This document shows positions 50,233-62,015 of a stretch of 64,000 nt of DNA, one piece after another; positions within the stretch are counted from its first letter, which is position 1, and each line of letters opens with the position of its first letter. The notes under the pieces were generated by a model. The model saw only the letters and a list, made by a program, of their open reading frames with translations. It was not told the DNA's origin and made no database searches. This stretch comes from Torpedo marmorata (taxonomy: Eukaryota). Both the position numbers and the translations under genes were made by a program. The stretch is taken from the NCBI GenBank assembly GCA_977017645.1, contig OZ360233.1, positions 21,452,001 through 21,516,000 on the forward strand, given 5' to 3'.

Positions 50233-50970
50233 GTCATTCCGATTTCTTTCGTTATGTTCCTACATTATGGGCAGTCAAATGCTGTTCTGTTGATCAGTTA
50301 CGGGCTGTTGTCATTAAAACATGTTGCAAGGTTTTGGAGGGTTTGAGGGGGTGTTGTGTGTGATGGTCGGTGACTTTTATGCAAGGTGGGGAGATTGGGG
50401 GAAAAAAATACCTAAACTTGAAAACATGTTCCAGGCTCGTTGCTATTAAAATGAAGTGGTAAAGAGTCAATTAATAACAGCTCGGTATTTTAATAGAGAA
50501 TGTGGAGAAAGCACCCTTAACTGGACAATGATTTGTCGGACGTAAACACTCTCACATTGAATAGGGTTCTTGGACATGTGTGGGATTAAGCACGATGACG
50601 TTCCTGGGGGAAAGAGGACACGAGACAAATGAGATTAAAATTGCAGAGAAAGGGTGGAGAAGAAACTGGGAATATCTCTCACATGGTGGCGTCGGAGACA
50701 TAACCAGAAAATGCTGGAAACGTTCAGTGGTCAACCGGATAATAAGCAATCCNNNNNNNNNNNNNNNNNNNNNNNNNNNNNNNNNNNNNNNNNNNNNNNN
50801 NNNNNNNNNNNNNNNNNNNNNNNNNNNNNNNNNNNNNNNNNNNNNNNNNNNNNNNNNNNNNNNNNNNNNNNNNNNNNNNNNNNNNNNNNNNNNNNNNNNN
50901 NNNNNNNNNNNNNNNNNNNNNNNNNNNNNNGATTGGCAGGGAGTATATTGTAAGAGGGTTGAGCACTGTG

Positions 50971-51030
50971 TGAATTATGGAGGCAACAGCATAATATTTG
51001 GAAGTGGGACCAGACTGATGATAGAACCCA
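50971..51030 (+). CDS. TRAJ: J segment NYGGNSIIFGSGTRLMIEP (type B)
   Basis: nonamer GTATATTGT 50943-50951, heptamer CACTGTG 50964-50970, donor GTAAGT. Confidence 0.9.
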
Positions 51031-51093
51031 GTAAGTTCTGATAATCACAATCTGCATACACTTCGATTATTCCATCGTCAGTAAAACAGTGTG

Positions 51094-51152
51094 TGAATGG
51101 CTAGAAATCTTTCCTGATGTTTGAGGAGGTATTTTGTTAATTGTGGGCCCCA
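51094..51152 (+). pseudogene. TRAJ: Degenerate J (type C)
   Basis: CAGTGTG 51087-51093; frameshifted FG; no donor. Confidence 0.6.
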
Positions 51153-51242
51153 AATAGCCTTGTGCTTTGAATAAATCGAATCTGAAACTAATCGATTCTC
51201 TTAAATTTCCATTCAGAAAGACCTGGGGTGTCAGCCACTGTG

Positions 51243-51305
51243 GGAATTCAGGAAGCAACAACCAGTTAATATTGGGGTCAAGGACTCGAGTATTTTTCGA
51301 AACAA
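51243..51305 (+). pseudogene. TRAJ: J pseudogene NSGSNNQLILGSRTRVFFET
   Basis: heptamer CACTGTG 51236-51242, no nonamer, donor ACAAGT. Confidence 0.72.
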
Positions 51306-51460
51306 ACAAGTGCTGAGAAGGTCATACTTTTTTAAATATTCTTAATTACAAATAAAAGCTTACCATTAATTCTAAATACAGGCTTAAAGTAAATATGAAA
51401 ATTGTAAGAGACGCTATCCCCTTCTCATAAATTAGAGTACGTTGCATGTTACTTAGCAAT

Positions 51461-51735
51461 AGGGTGGCACGGTTAGTGTAGCGGTTAGCGCAACACTGCT
51501 ACAGTGCCAGCGATCTGGACCGGGTTTTGAATCCCGCGCTGTCTCTTAGGAGTTTGTACATTCTCCTCGTGTCTGCATGGGATTCCTCCGGGAGCTCCGG
51601 TTTCCTCCCACCATTCAAAACGTACCGGGAGTTGTAGGCTAATTGAGTGTAATTGGGTGGCACGGGCTCGTGGGCCGAAAGGGCCTGTTACCGTGCTGTA
51701 TGTCCAAATTTTAAAAAATAATTAAATAAAGTAAA
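51461..51735 (+). mobile_element. V-SINE (HE1-like), near full length
   Basis: tRNA-like head, V-domain, CR1-like 3' end GGGCCGAAAGGGCCTGTTACCGTGCTGTATG and A-rich tail. Confidence 0.88.
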
Positions 51736-52216
51736 AAGTTTAAAATACATTCTGCATTAAATGCAGACCAGTCGATTATATTCTCATTTTTGGAATTGTT
51801 TCCACATCTTCACTTTTTATAAATTGCCTATCATTCAGGTGAGGTAAGGTCTCAGACAGAAATCCAGGGAGATCGGCTGACAGGCCGACACCTGACAGAC
51901 ATAGAAATGAATGGGTAGTTAAACAGATAAATCAAAGACAAACAGACAGACACGTGATCAGTTAGACTAGATAGACAGACAGGACAGACATAGATAGACA
52001 GAGAGAGAGGGAGAGAGAGAGACGGAGAGAGGGAGACAGAGAGAGGGAGAAAGAGAGACAGAGAGAGAGAGAGAGAGAGGCGGAAGGACAAAACTGAAGA
52101 TGCTGAAAAGATTAAATCAAAACTGAAAATCTTGAAAACACTCGACAGGTCAGGCTGCATCTTGGGAAAGATTTGTGTTCAATTTGGGTGATTTACATAG
52201 TTGGTTAAAGAGTGTG

Positions 52217-52275
52217 TGTATGATTAAAAAACCGTACTTATACTTTGAGGAAGTAATTATTGATTGTGGGTGCAA
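52217..52275 (+). pseudogene. TRAJ: Degenerate J (type C)
   Basis: GAGTGTG 52210-52216, stop codons, donor GTAAGC. Confidence 0.55.
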
Positions 52276-52456
52276 GTAAGCATTCTATTTTGAACGAATA
52301 ATACTCCATTTCAGAAAAATTACGTATTCTCCTTATTATGAAGCAAATTAGCAAAGATGAAAGGATTTATTGTTTCTTTCAAATAAGACATGCAATGAAA
52401 ATAGTGCACAGGGAGAGCTATTTTACTGCGTTTTTGAGAGGGGATCATTTGCTGGT

Positions 52457-52519
52457 GGATTTCTGGAAGGTTCGGCCAATTAGGGTTTGGAAGCGGCACC
52501 AAACCTATTGTCAATGCTG
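52457..52519 (+). pseudogene. TRAJ: J pseudogene ISGRFGQLGFGSGTKPIVNA (type D)
   Basis: nonamer CGTTTTTGA 52429-52437, altered heptamer TGCTGGT, donor GAAAGT. Confidence 0.8.
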
Positions 52520-52820
52520 GAAAGTTATCAATATTCAAATTTAGTTTTCAACCACATTCTAAATTGTGATCAACGTAAGATGTTGTGGATCATGGACAGC
52601 AACAGATCCGTCTGTATTTCGAGATAACATGCAGAGATGACACTAATAAGTGAAAGCGAATGAATCTTCACCTGACCACATTCATTGTGAACATTGTAAC
52701 TAAAATATTTCATACTTAATTAGTAAGGGCCTGTTTCTTTGCTGCATGAATCTATCATTTGATAACGTGTGTTGAATTTGAGACACGGTGCGAGTTTCTA
52801 TAATGGGGTGCAATGTTGTG

Positions 52821-52877
52821 TAAGTACACTCAGCGAAATAATATTTGGATCTGGAACCAAACTGAAGGTGAAACCTC
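52821..52877 (+). CDS. TRAJ: J segment STLSEIIFGSGTKLKVKP (type E)
   Basis: nonamer AGTTTCTAT 52793-52801, heptamer TGTTGTG 52814-52820, donor GTAAGT. Confidence 0.85.
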
Positions 52878-54180
52878 GTAAGTCTTATTTATGCAGTACT
52901 ATGTCAGCATTATGAGGAGGAAAATATGCTATTATGTTGATAACTGTTGGGTGGTTGCCGATTAAACCAAATGGAAGAGATTAATAGTAATTGAATGAAT
53001 CGCTTATAGTAAACACAGAAATGCAAGATGAACTCAGCAGGTCTCGCAGCGTCCATAGGAGGTAAAGACATGCAACCGACTTTTCGGGCCTGAAGCCCTT
53101 CTTCAATGTATGAGTAAAACGCAGGCATGTGCCTGAATTAAAAGACTGAGGATAAGGGAAAATAGAGCAGGGGAAGTAGCACAGACCAGCAGGAAAAAAG
53201 GATGATAATTGGACATGGATAGGAGAGGAAAGGTGAAAATTGATCGGGGGAGGGGGTAGCTCTGTGAACGCAGTGCTGTGGGAAAGGAGGGGGGAAAGGA
53301 AAGAGAGAGAGAGAGAGACAGAGGGACAGAGAGAGACAGAGGGAGAGAGAGAGACAGAGAGAGAGAACTAGAGAAATTACTTGTGCTTGTTATGTGGTTT
53401 ATATGCAAAGCTGTGATAGGATGGAAAACTTATTCAAAGTTGAAGAAGCGTTCCAAAGTCGTAGTTACTTTAATGAGGCCGTAAACGGTCAAACGCTTGT
53501 TAATCCATTAGAGATTACAGAGGAGGGTTCTTGGCCCAGAGAACGATCTAAAGGAAGCCAACGTTGACATCACAATATGATTCTAGCACTTTTACTGAAT
53601 TTGGGTAATGAGTTGGTGCAGGAAAGAGGCACGAAGAGCTTAACGTTTCAGGGAGAATGGGAAAGGGAGGAAGGGGTGAGTGGGAACACCTCAGATAGGG
53701 TGAGATCCGAGACATGATCAGAACATGCTGGATACACGCAGAGGTCAGGAGTGTGACATGATCTACCCTTCAGCCTGAGCCACCCTCCGACCCTAAACAT
53801 GCAACCAACATGTCTATTCTCTCTCCCAGTCTGATGAAGGTTCATCGACATGAAGTATTAACTGGTACTTTGAAGCGGAATAAAATCAATCAGAATCTTT
53901 GCAGTGATTTCCTTTGGGGAGAACGAATAAATATGCTTTTATTATGTTATATTCGTTTGTTAAATATTAATTGGGCTGGAATACAGTGCCTGTATGTGGA
54001 AAATGTTAGGATGGAGTCAAGGGGATTAGATGGCAGTCACAATGATTAAAAGACATTCATAAAATGAGGGTGGATTGAAGAAATTAATCTTAGATTTAAG
54101 TGGCTACAGGTGATTGGAAGAAGAGTATATGGACATTATTGAGAACAGCAAGTATATTTGTAAGGGGGATGAGCACTGTG

Positions 54181-54243
54181 TGAATTCTGCAGGTAGCAGG
54201 GAGTTGATAATTGGAAATGGGACTCGACTCATTGTCGAACCAA
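54181..54243 (+). CDS. TRAJ: J ORF NSAGSRELIIGNGTRLIVEP (type A, IGxG)
   Basis: nonamer TATATTTGT 54153-54161, heptamer CACTGTG 54174-54180, donor GTAAGT. Confidence 0.83.
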
Positions 54244-54832
54244 GTAAGTGTTGAGAAGGCCATTCTATTTTACAATTCTTAATTATAAATGATCGCTTTT
54301 GGAAAATATGAAAAATTTCTGAGATGTTATCCCCATGTACAAAATGAGAGAAAATTGTATCTTACTTAAGACCCGTTCAGCAGACAGGCCAATATGTTGC
54401 TTTCCTATTTTCAGAATGGTTGCGTCATGTTTGCTGGTCAAGAAATATCTATCACAAACGTTAAACAAAGGAACTGGCAGACATAAATACTGACCGATTG
54501 ACAGAGAGAGAAGGAGTCAAAANNNNNNNNNNNNNNNNNNNNNNNNNNNNNNNNNNNNNNNNNNNNNNNNNNNNNNNNNNNNNNNNNNNNNNNNNNNNNN
54601 NNNNNNNNNNNNNNNNNNNNNNNNNNNNNNNNNNNNNNNNNNNNNNNNNNNNNNNNNNNNNGAGACAGAAAGACAGACAGACATTCAGATAGAGAGAGTC
54701 AGACAGACAGATGGAAGTACATATCGTAGACAGATAAAATAAATGTATAAAATTAGTAGCAATCAGCATTGTTGCTTCGGTATGATAGCCAACAATGTAT
54801 TGGCATGGAGTATATCGTAACAGGGTTGAGCA

Positions 54833-54888
54833 TTATGGAGGCAAGAAGATATTGTTTGGCAGTGGGACCAGAGTGACTGTCGAACTCA
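54833..54888 (+). pseudogene. TRAJ: J YGGKKILFGSGTRVTVEL with heptamer deleted (type B)
   Basis: 9-bp deletion across the heptamer/coding border relative to paralog 50964; donor GTAAGT intact. Confidence 0.82.
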
Positions 54889-54952
54889 GTAAGTATTGAC
54901 ATTCCCAACGTGCTCTACTTCGGTGGTTTTTATCAGTTAGTGCAAGAGTGTG

Positions 54953-55011
54953 TGGTCCATTGGAAATTCCACTTTGGATTCTGAGGAAGTGTATGATTGA
55001 TTGTGGACCCA
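54953..55011 (+). pseudogene. TRAJ: Degenerate J (type C)
   Basis: GGTTTTTAT 54925-54933, 12 bp, GAGTGTG 54946-54952; stop codons; donor GTAAAT. Confidence 0.65.
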
Positions 55012-55193
55012 GTAAATGTTGTGATTTGAATGAATAATGCGTCAAATCTGAAAATTAACTGCAGTATTGTAATAGCTTACAAAACAAAATTGCCAACGAG
55101 ATGGCGACGTCATTTTACTCATTGAAAAAATATGACCGTCATTCCAAGGGTGCGGTCCTAATCAGAGTTCTTGTGAGGGGATGTATTGCTGTG

Positions 55194-55256
55194 TGAAATC
55201 TGGAGGGATCGACAAATTGGAGTTTGGGGGCGGCACCAATCTTATTGTTAATCCTG
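55194..55256 (+). CDS. TRAJ: J segment KSGGIDKLEFGGGTNLIVNP (type D)
   Basis: nonamer AGTTCTTGT 55166-55174, heptamer TGCTGTG 55187-55193, donor GTAAGT. Confidence 0.89.
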
Positions 55257-56015
55257 GTAAGTTATCAGCATTCAAAAATAGTTTACAAACAAATTCCAAA
55301 TTCTGGTCAGCGTGGCATGCTGGTTTAATGGACGCCAAAATGTTTCAGTTATAATATCCACAGATAACACTGTAAAGTGAGGGCAACGCAATCTCCACTG
55401 ATCCAATTCATGAGATAAAATAAATGGTGAAGATGTCCATTTAAATATTTCATAACTACAGCTAACGGGTATAAGGTTATGGTACGGGGTTAGGGGTTCA
55501 GAGGAGATCTGAGGAGTAATTTCCATCCGATTAGTGGTTAGAGTCTGGAATGCAGAACTTGGTGGGGAGGTGGAGATTGAGACTCTCTCAGTATGAACGC
55601 CTTGAATCGTCATGGTACAATAGGGCATAGAACAAGGAACCAGTATATTCGGCATTCAAGTATCCAACTTCACTAATCCATCGGAAATCCAATTGCTCTC
55701 CAAACATTCTTCCGCCGATACTCTACCATTCAGATACACACTGGGGACAATTTACAGCCGCAAATCCTTTCACCCGGAAAAGAGGGATGGGGAGTTTAGT
55801 CTGCAGAAGAGGGTGGAGGCAGGCAATCTCACAACATCTGAACAGTATCTGGGCGAGCATTTGATTCGCCAAGTCTATGGGCCAACTGCTGGTAAATGGG
55901 ATTAGAAAAGACAGGTACCTGATGGACAGCATGAATGTGGTGGGATGAAGGGTCTGTTTCTGTATGATACTCTAACGTATGCTCACCAGTTTCTGTACTA
56001 GCGCGCGTTGCTCTG

Positions 56016-56072
56016 TGAATAGCCTGAATGAGATCATATTTAGACTTAGAACCAAGCTAAAGGTGGGGCTGG
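56016..56072 (+). pseudogene. TRAJ: J pseudogene NSLNEIIFRLRTKLKVGL (type E)
   Basis: nonamer AGTTTCTGT 55988-55996, heptamer TGCTCTG, both Gly lost, no donor. Confidence 0.8.
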
Positions 56073-57396
56073 GAAAATCGGATTTATGAACAGTCAAAAT
56101 GCACTTCTGTGGATGAATATCAGGTCGTTGTCATGAAAACCAAATTGGAAAGATTAACAGCGATTAAGGGGATGGTTTGTGTGCTGTCCGGTGACTTCGA
56201 GGCAAAGTTTAATAGGATGGCAAAAATACCAAAACTTAAAGAGGTGTTCAAAACTCCTAGTTATTAAAATAAAGTGGTAAATAGCAATTACCTCAACAGT
56301 TTATTTACCAAATCCAGTGTGAAGCCTCCTTACCCAGAGAATGGTTTGTAGAATGTATACATTTCAACATTAAATACTTTTCTTTGACTTTTTCGGAATC
56401 GTTGATGATGATGGTAGTGCAGGAAAGCGGAAAGAGAGAAATCAGGTGAAAGTCGCAGGGAAGCTGGAGTAGGAATGAATGGGGCACTGGCAGTGTGAGA
56501 TCCAAGACATAATCATAAAGTGCTGGAACCGCTCTGACATCAGGCGCATGGCACCATCTTCTTTTTGTCCTGTGCACCCCTCCCACACCACCCCTGAAAT
56601 TCGCAGGAAACTTGTATTTTCTCTTTCCTTCTTTTGAATAAGTTTTAACCTGAGGTGTTAACCGATTTTCTCTCCACAGATGCTGCCTGACCAGCTGGGC
56701 GTTTCCACAATTTGTTTTTCCGTGGGATTTATTTATAGGTTAGGAAAGATGTGAGGGTTCCAGGGAGAGCGCAAATGAGAATTATTGCTTTATGACATAG
56801 AAGGGGGCCTATCAGCCCGGTAAAGCTCCACCGGCTCACAGAGTTAAACCGATTCACCCACTAATATGGTCTGTAGCTCATTCTTCCCACATCACTGGCA
56901 ACAGTTTACAGTCACCAACTAACCTCACGACCCGCTCATCATTGGGATGTGGGAGGAGATGAGAACACCCATAGGAATCCACATCACATGGGGGGGGTGG
57001 GTAAGAGAGCAGGTGACGTCGAACAGAAAGACTATGGGTGATTTCTTCACCCATGCTCTTCACTGGGAATCAAAGTTACAGAAAAAACTCTTAGACGTAA
57101 CACAATCACACAGAAACGGGTGCAGTGATTGCCTTTGCAGTGCATAAATAAATAATGTTTCTATGAGGTCATATTCTTTTTGAAAAGAAAGTTGTATGAC
57201 AATTCAGTGCCAGGATGGGTCCGATTTTGAGATGGGGTCAAGGGACTTAGATATCAGTGAGAATGATTAAAAACTAGATACTACAATGAAGATAGATTGA
57301 AGGAAAAACTTAGATTTAATTGGCATTGCGGTTCGGAACCAAATGTGGCCATTGTTAAATCCGAGAAATGTATTTGTAAGGGAGTCGAGCACTGTG

Positions 57397-57459
57397 TGAA
57401 TTCTGGAGGCAATTGGGGATTAATATTTGGAACCGGAACTCGACTAATTATCCAACCAA
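57397..57459 (+). CDS. TRAJ: J segment NSGGNWGLIFGTGTRLIIQP (type A)
   Basis: nonamer TGTATTTGT 57369-57377, heptamer CACTGTG 57390-57396, donor GTAAGT. Confidence 0.92.
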
Positions 57460-57866
57460 GTAAGTGTTTGGAAAGCCTTTCAATTTTGCAGCTCTTAATT
57501 CTGAATGCTAGCTTTTAGCGAATGCCATGAGATTTTATTCCCGTCGACTAAACTGGAGAACAGTGTATCTTACTTAACACGCAATCTCCATAAAATTCAG
57601 ATAATAGGTATTTTCCCCACTTTCAGAATTGGTGTCAATTTTTTTTCTGGTGTTGAAGCGTCTGTTGCGCAGCTTAAACAAAGCTACAGGCAAACATAAA
57701 TACAGATGGAAAGAAAGATTAATGTATTATAGAGAGGGGGAGATGCACATGCAGATTGATAGACACATGTCATAAATATGAAAAATGAGTATCTGTCTGT
57801 ATTATTACCTCACAAAGCCAACATTATATAGTCAGGGGGTAGATTGCAAGAGGGTTGAGCACTGAA

Positions 57867-57926
57867 TGAATTATAGAAGCAAAAATTTAATATTTGGAAA
57901 TGGAATCAGACTGACTGTAGAACCCA
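57867..57926 (+). pseudogene. TRAJ: J ORF NYRSKNLIFGNGIRLTVEP with dead heptamer (type B)
   Basis: heptamer CACTGAA 57860-57866; donor GTAAGT. Confidence 0.82.
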
Positions 57927-57981
57927 GTAAGTGCGGATATTCCCAAATTCGCTGGTTTTCATCAGATAATGCAAGAATGTG

Positions 57982-58037
57982 TGAAGGAGTGGAACACCGT
58001 GCTTGTATTCCGAGGAAGTGCATGATTGTGGGAAACA
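57982..58037 (+). pseudogene. TRAJ: Degenerate J (type C)
   Basis: GGTTTTCAT 57954-57962, GAATGTG 57975-57981. Confidence 0.58.
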
Positions 58038-58224
58038 GTCAACATTGTCATTTGAATGAATAATGTCTCAAAGCTGAACATAAACTATTCTCACAATTTC
58101 TCAAACAAAATCACTTACTGGGTGGTAGCATTGCTTTATTTTTTTAATATAAAATATGTAATTACGCAAATGCAGAGGGAGCCGCCACTAAACGAGTTCT
58201 TGGGAGGGCATCATTTTCTTTGTG

Positions 58225-58287
58225 TAAATGCTGGAGGGATCAACAAATTAGTCTTTGGAAGCGCCACCAAATTTATTGTTAATCCTG
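58225..58287 (+). CDS. TRAJ: J ORF NAGGINKLVFGSATKFIVNP (type D, FGxA, 14-bp spacer)
   Basis: nonamer AGTTCTTGG 58195-58203, heptamer CTTTGTG 58218-58224, donor GTAAGT. Confidence 0.78.
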
Positions 58288-59013
58288 GTAAGTTATCGAC
58301 ATTCAAACGTAGTTTTCAAGCAAATGCTAAATTCTTGTCAACGTGGCATACTGTGGGTAATGGACGTAAAAGGTTTGCATTTTACCAGGACAGCATTGGT
58401 CCTACACATAGGTGAAAACAGCTGAAGTCACCCTGTACAATTCACCAATCAATTCCCTGGTGAACCTTTAAATGAAATAATTCATTATTCATAACGAACA
58501 TGTGTGAATGGTGACCGATTTAGAAGAGATTTCAGGGGAATCTCTTTTACCCAAATGATGTTTGGACACTGAAACGTACTGCCTGTGGGTTGGTAGGGGC
58601 AGAGAGTCGCTCAGCATTCAGAACATTAATTGGCAAGGCCCCACGACTCATAGTTTCACTCATCCTACACGTCCCTTTTATTTTCCAAACATTCCTATAC
58701 TCTACGGCTCAGCTACGCACTGGAGGCGATTTACGGACGCCAGTCTTTTCACAGTGGGGGGGAGGTTTCATTTACCTGGGAAGGCGGTAGAAACTGGTTT
58801 CTAACAACATTTACAAAGTGTCTGGGCGAGCACTTGAATCGCCAAGGCAGAGAAGGCCATGGACTCAGTGCTGGAAATTGTATTACCGTAGATAGGTATC
58901 CGACGGGAAGCACGACGATGGTGGGCTTGAGGTGCTACACGAGTCGGCGATGCAATACACATGTTGAATTTGGGGCCAGGTAAGGGGTTTCTGCACTACT
59001 ATGCGATACTGTG

Positions 59014-59070
59014 TGAATAACGTCGATGCACTAATATTTGGATCTGGAACCAAATTAAAGGTGGAACCTC
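59014..59070 (+). CDS. TRAJ: J segment NNVDALIFGSGTKLKVEP (type E)
   Basis: nonamer GGTTTCTGC 58986-58994, heptamer TACTGTG 59007-59013, donor GTAAGT. Confidence 0.91.
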
Positions 59071-59349
59071 GTAAGTCCGATTTATTATGTAATTTTTCTA
59101 CATTACATCACTAAATGCTGTTCTATCTATCCGTATCGGGTTGTAATTATTAACGCCTAATTGCAGACATTCGGACGAATTGGGGGCAAGCGAGAAATCC
59201 CGTTACAGTTGCGGAGTTGGTAAGGGAGGGAGGGTGGCTAAACAACAAGTCTGCAGATGTTCGTGTCCAGTCCAGTACATAAACGTGCTGAAAAAACTCA
59301 GCAGGTCATGCAGTATCCAGAGAAAGCAAAAGGCTTTCCTTTTGAAGAA

Positions 59350-59390
59350 GGAATTCTGAGGAGGGGCTCAGGCCTGAAACGTCGACTTCC
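59350..59390 (+). ncRNA. Minimal type I hammerhead-ribozyme-like motif in a Penelope-like hairpin repeat (~59275-59437)
   Basis: GGAAUU-CUGAGGA-GGG GCUCAGG CCU-GAAAC-GUC-GA(C)UUCC: full core plus plausible stems I and II. Confidence 0.62.
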
Positions 59391-60068
59391 TTTGGATGCT
59401 GCGTGACCCAATGAGCTTCTCCAGCACTTATGTGTACGGCAAGCGAGGAAGGGTCAGTGTGAGCATATCTGGCAGCATGAGATCCGAGAGATAATCAAAA
59501 AAATGATGGAATGCAGACGTCAGGCGAATAGCATCATCTTCTCGTTCACCTGAGGATCCTTCTCACACTGCCACTGAAATTAGCAAAACCTTGCCTTCTC
59601 TCTTTCCCAATTCTGAGAAATCTTCCTCGACCTGAAACGTTGACTGATTCTATCTCGACATATGCTGTCTGGCCTGCTGAGCATTTCCAGCATCCTGTTT
59701 TTCAGTAGAATTTTTTACAGGTTGATAAGAATGTGAAGATTTTAGGGAGAGAGCAAAGGAGATATATTTCCCTTCAAGGTAGAATGGGCCATTCGGCCCA
59801 GCGAAGCCATGGCAGCTCACAGGAGAATATCTCTTCACCACGAATTTTCTCACTGTAATCTGTCCGCCCAATATCCCCAACAATTCCAAATCCTGCCTTT
59901 ATTGGGGAAAGTTTGCAGTAGCCAACTGACCCAGTGACCCGCACATCCCTGAGATGTGATAGAAGCTGGGAGCACCCGAGGAACCCATGTAACAGAGGAG
60001 GTAAATAATAGAGCAAGTGACGGGGAACACCAGGGAAACTGAAGAAATACATTTTTTACTGGCAATTA

Positions 60069-60915
60069 TTTTTTTCTTCTTTTTTTAAACCCATTTTAAC
60101 AAAATATCTCAAAAGAAAAAAAAGAAAACAAAAAGAAGGAAAAGAAAATACCCCCCCCCCCCACCCTATTAATAAAACCCTTCCCTCTAAACAAGGTTAA
60201 CTTGCATATCTAATAAATATAGGGATGAAAGACGACATTCGGAAACCAGACAGCGCTTCTCACGAGCATCCAAACACCCTAATTCTTTAAATTGTGGTAA
60301 TAATCCATGAATGGGCCCCACGTCTTGTAAAAATTCACCTTTATATCTGTAACATTATATCTGATTTTCTCTCAACTTAGGAAGGACATGACCTCATGTA
60401 ACCATTGAATGTGAGTAGGTGGAGTGCTGTCTTTCTATTTCATCAAAATAACGTTTGGAAATAATTTTTCCAAACATGTTCTATACTAGGACAAGTCAAA
60501 AACATATGAAGCCTCAAACATTTTACACTTATCACATAATGTATCAATATCAGAATAAAAGCGAGATAGTTTAACTTTTGACATATGTACTCTATGCACT
60601 ACTTTAAATTGCAGTAAATAATGTCGCGCACAGAAGGAGTCATTAATCAAATTTAGAACCGTATCCCAGTCCTCATCTGTAAGTGACAAATCCAATTCAT
60701 GCTCCCAATCACTTTTAATCTTAACTAGCGAAGCTATTTTCGTCCATCAAATTATTATAAATAATTGATATTCAATTCAGAGAAAAATGAAAGTCAAAAA
60801 GAAAATCAAGAATGTTTGTTTCAGCAATCCTTGGAAAATCAGAGAGCTTGGATTGAACAAAATGACTGACTTGTAGATATCTGAAAAATGACTATTGGGT
60901 CATTTAAATTTTGCC
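60069..60915 (-). mobile_element. 5'-truncated L1-clade LINE with 15-bp TSD
   Basis: ORF 60486-60695 (CARHYLLQFKVVHRVH..CDKC) is related to 12865-13503; TSD TTTTACTGGCAATTA at 60054-60068 and 60916-60930. Confidence 0.9.
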
Positions 60916-61263
60916 TTTTACTGGCAATTAAAGTGACAAAGGGAATGTGGGGCAGAATGAAATCACACAGAAACCTCGATAATTATTTTCTTTGGAACGC
61001 GCAGATAAATCAAACTGCATTACGTATATTTTGTTGTTAAAAGCTAAATTGGACTGACATTCGGTGCTTTCTGAAGCCGATTCTGAGCTGGGATTACGCG
61101 GGTGGCAAATGGTTAAAAACCATTCACTAAAAGAAGGATATATTGAAGAAATAAATATTGAATTTAAGGAGGATTGCGGTGACCACACTTCATTCTTTGG
61201 AAGAAGGAGATGCGGACATTGTTAAGGCTAGTGGGTGCATTTGTACGGGGGTCGGGCACTGTG

Positions 61264-61329
61264 TGAATTATGGGGGAGGCGGCACGGTTTTGATATTTGG
61301 AAATGGGACTCAAGTAATTGTCCAACCAA
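61264..61329 (+). CDS. TRAJ: J segment NYGGGGTVLIFGNGTQVIVQP (type A)
   Basis: nonamer TGCATTTGT 61236-61244, heptamer CACTGTG 61257-61263, donor GTAAGT. Confidence 0.91.
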
Positions 61330-61899
61330 GTAAGTTTTGGAGAAAAATATTCTATCTTACAAATGTTAATTAATAAACAAAAAATATTATTAATTCTCAA
61401 TGCTCAATGAAACAAATAAGAAAATTTGATGACATGTTATCTCCATCTCCCAGTTGAAAAAGAGAGGATATCCTTTAACGGACATTTTGCGTGCCATTAA
61501 AACCAATCATTGACTTATAGTACAAAAAAGTGCTGGAGAACCTCAGCAGGTGACGCAGCGTCCTTAGGAAGCAGAGATATATAAGCAAAGTTTCGGGCCT
61601 GAGCCCTTCGTTAGGGTAACCCATTTTCAGAATTGTTGCTTCATCTTTGCTGGTAATTAACAGATTTACAAGTTAAGCAAAGCTACAGACAAGCACGTAT
61701 GCAGACTGGTAGAGGCACAGATAGATTGAGAGATACCTGGATAGAGAGAGTATCGAGAGAATGGGAGACGGGGAGATGCATAGAGAGAGATAAACACGTG
61801 ACAAATACAACAATGAGTAACTACAGTGCCAGTATTGTTACTTCACGAAGCCAACAATAGATTGGTAGGGAGTATATTATAAATTGGATTAGCACCGTG

Positions 61900-61959
61900 T
61901 GAATTATGGAGGCGGCAACATAATATTTCGAAGTGGAACCAGGCTGACTGTAGAACCCA
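61900..61959 (+). pseudogene. TRAJ: J pseudogene NYGGGNIIFRSGTRLTVEP (type B)
   Basis: heptamer CACCGTG 61893-61899; FRSG; donor ATAAAT. Confidence 0.83.
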
Positions 61960-62015
61960 ATAAATTCTGATATTCCCAATCTGCATAGACTTCGATAATT
62001 ACCGTCGTTAATGAA

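Noticed and set aside
51990-52080. GA-rich tracts (also 53300-53370) giving SL/ER-repeat ORFs
   Set aside because: Simple-sequence repeats with no coding evidence
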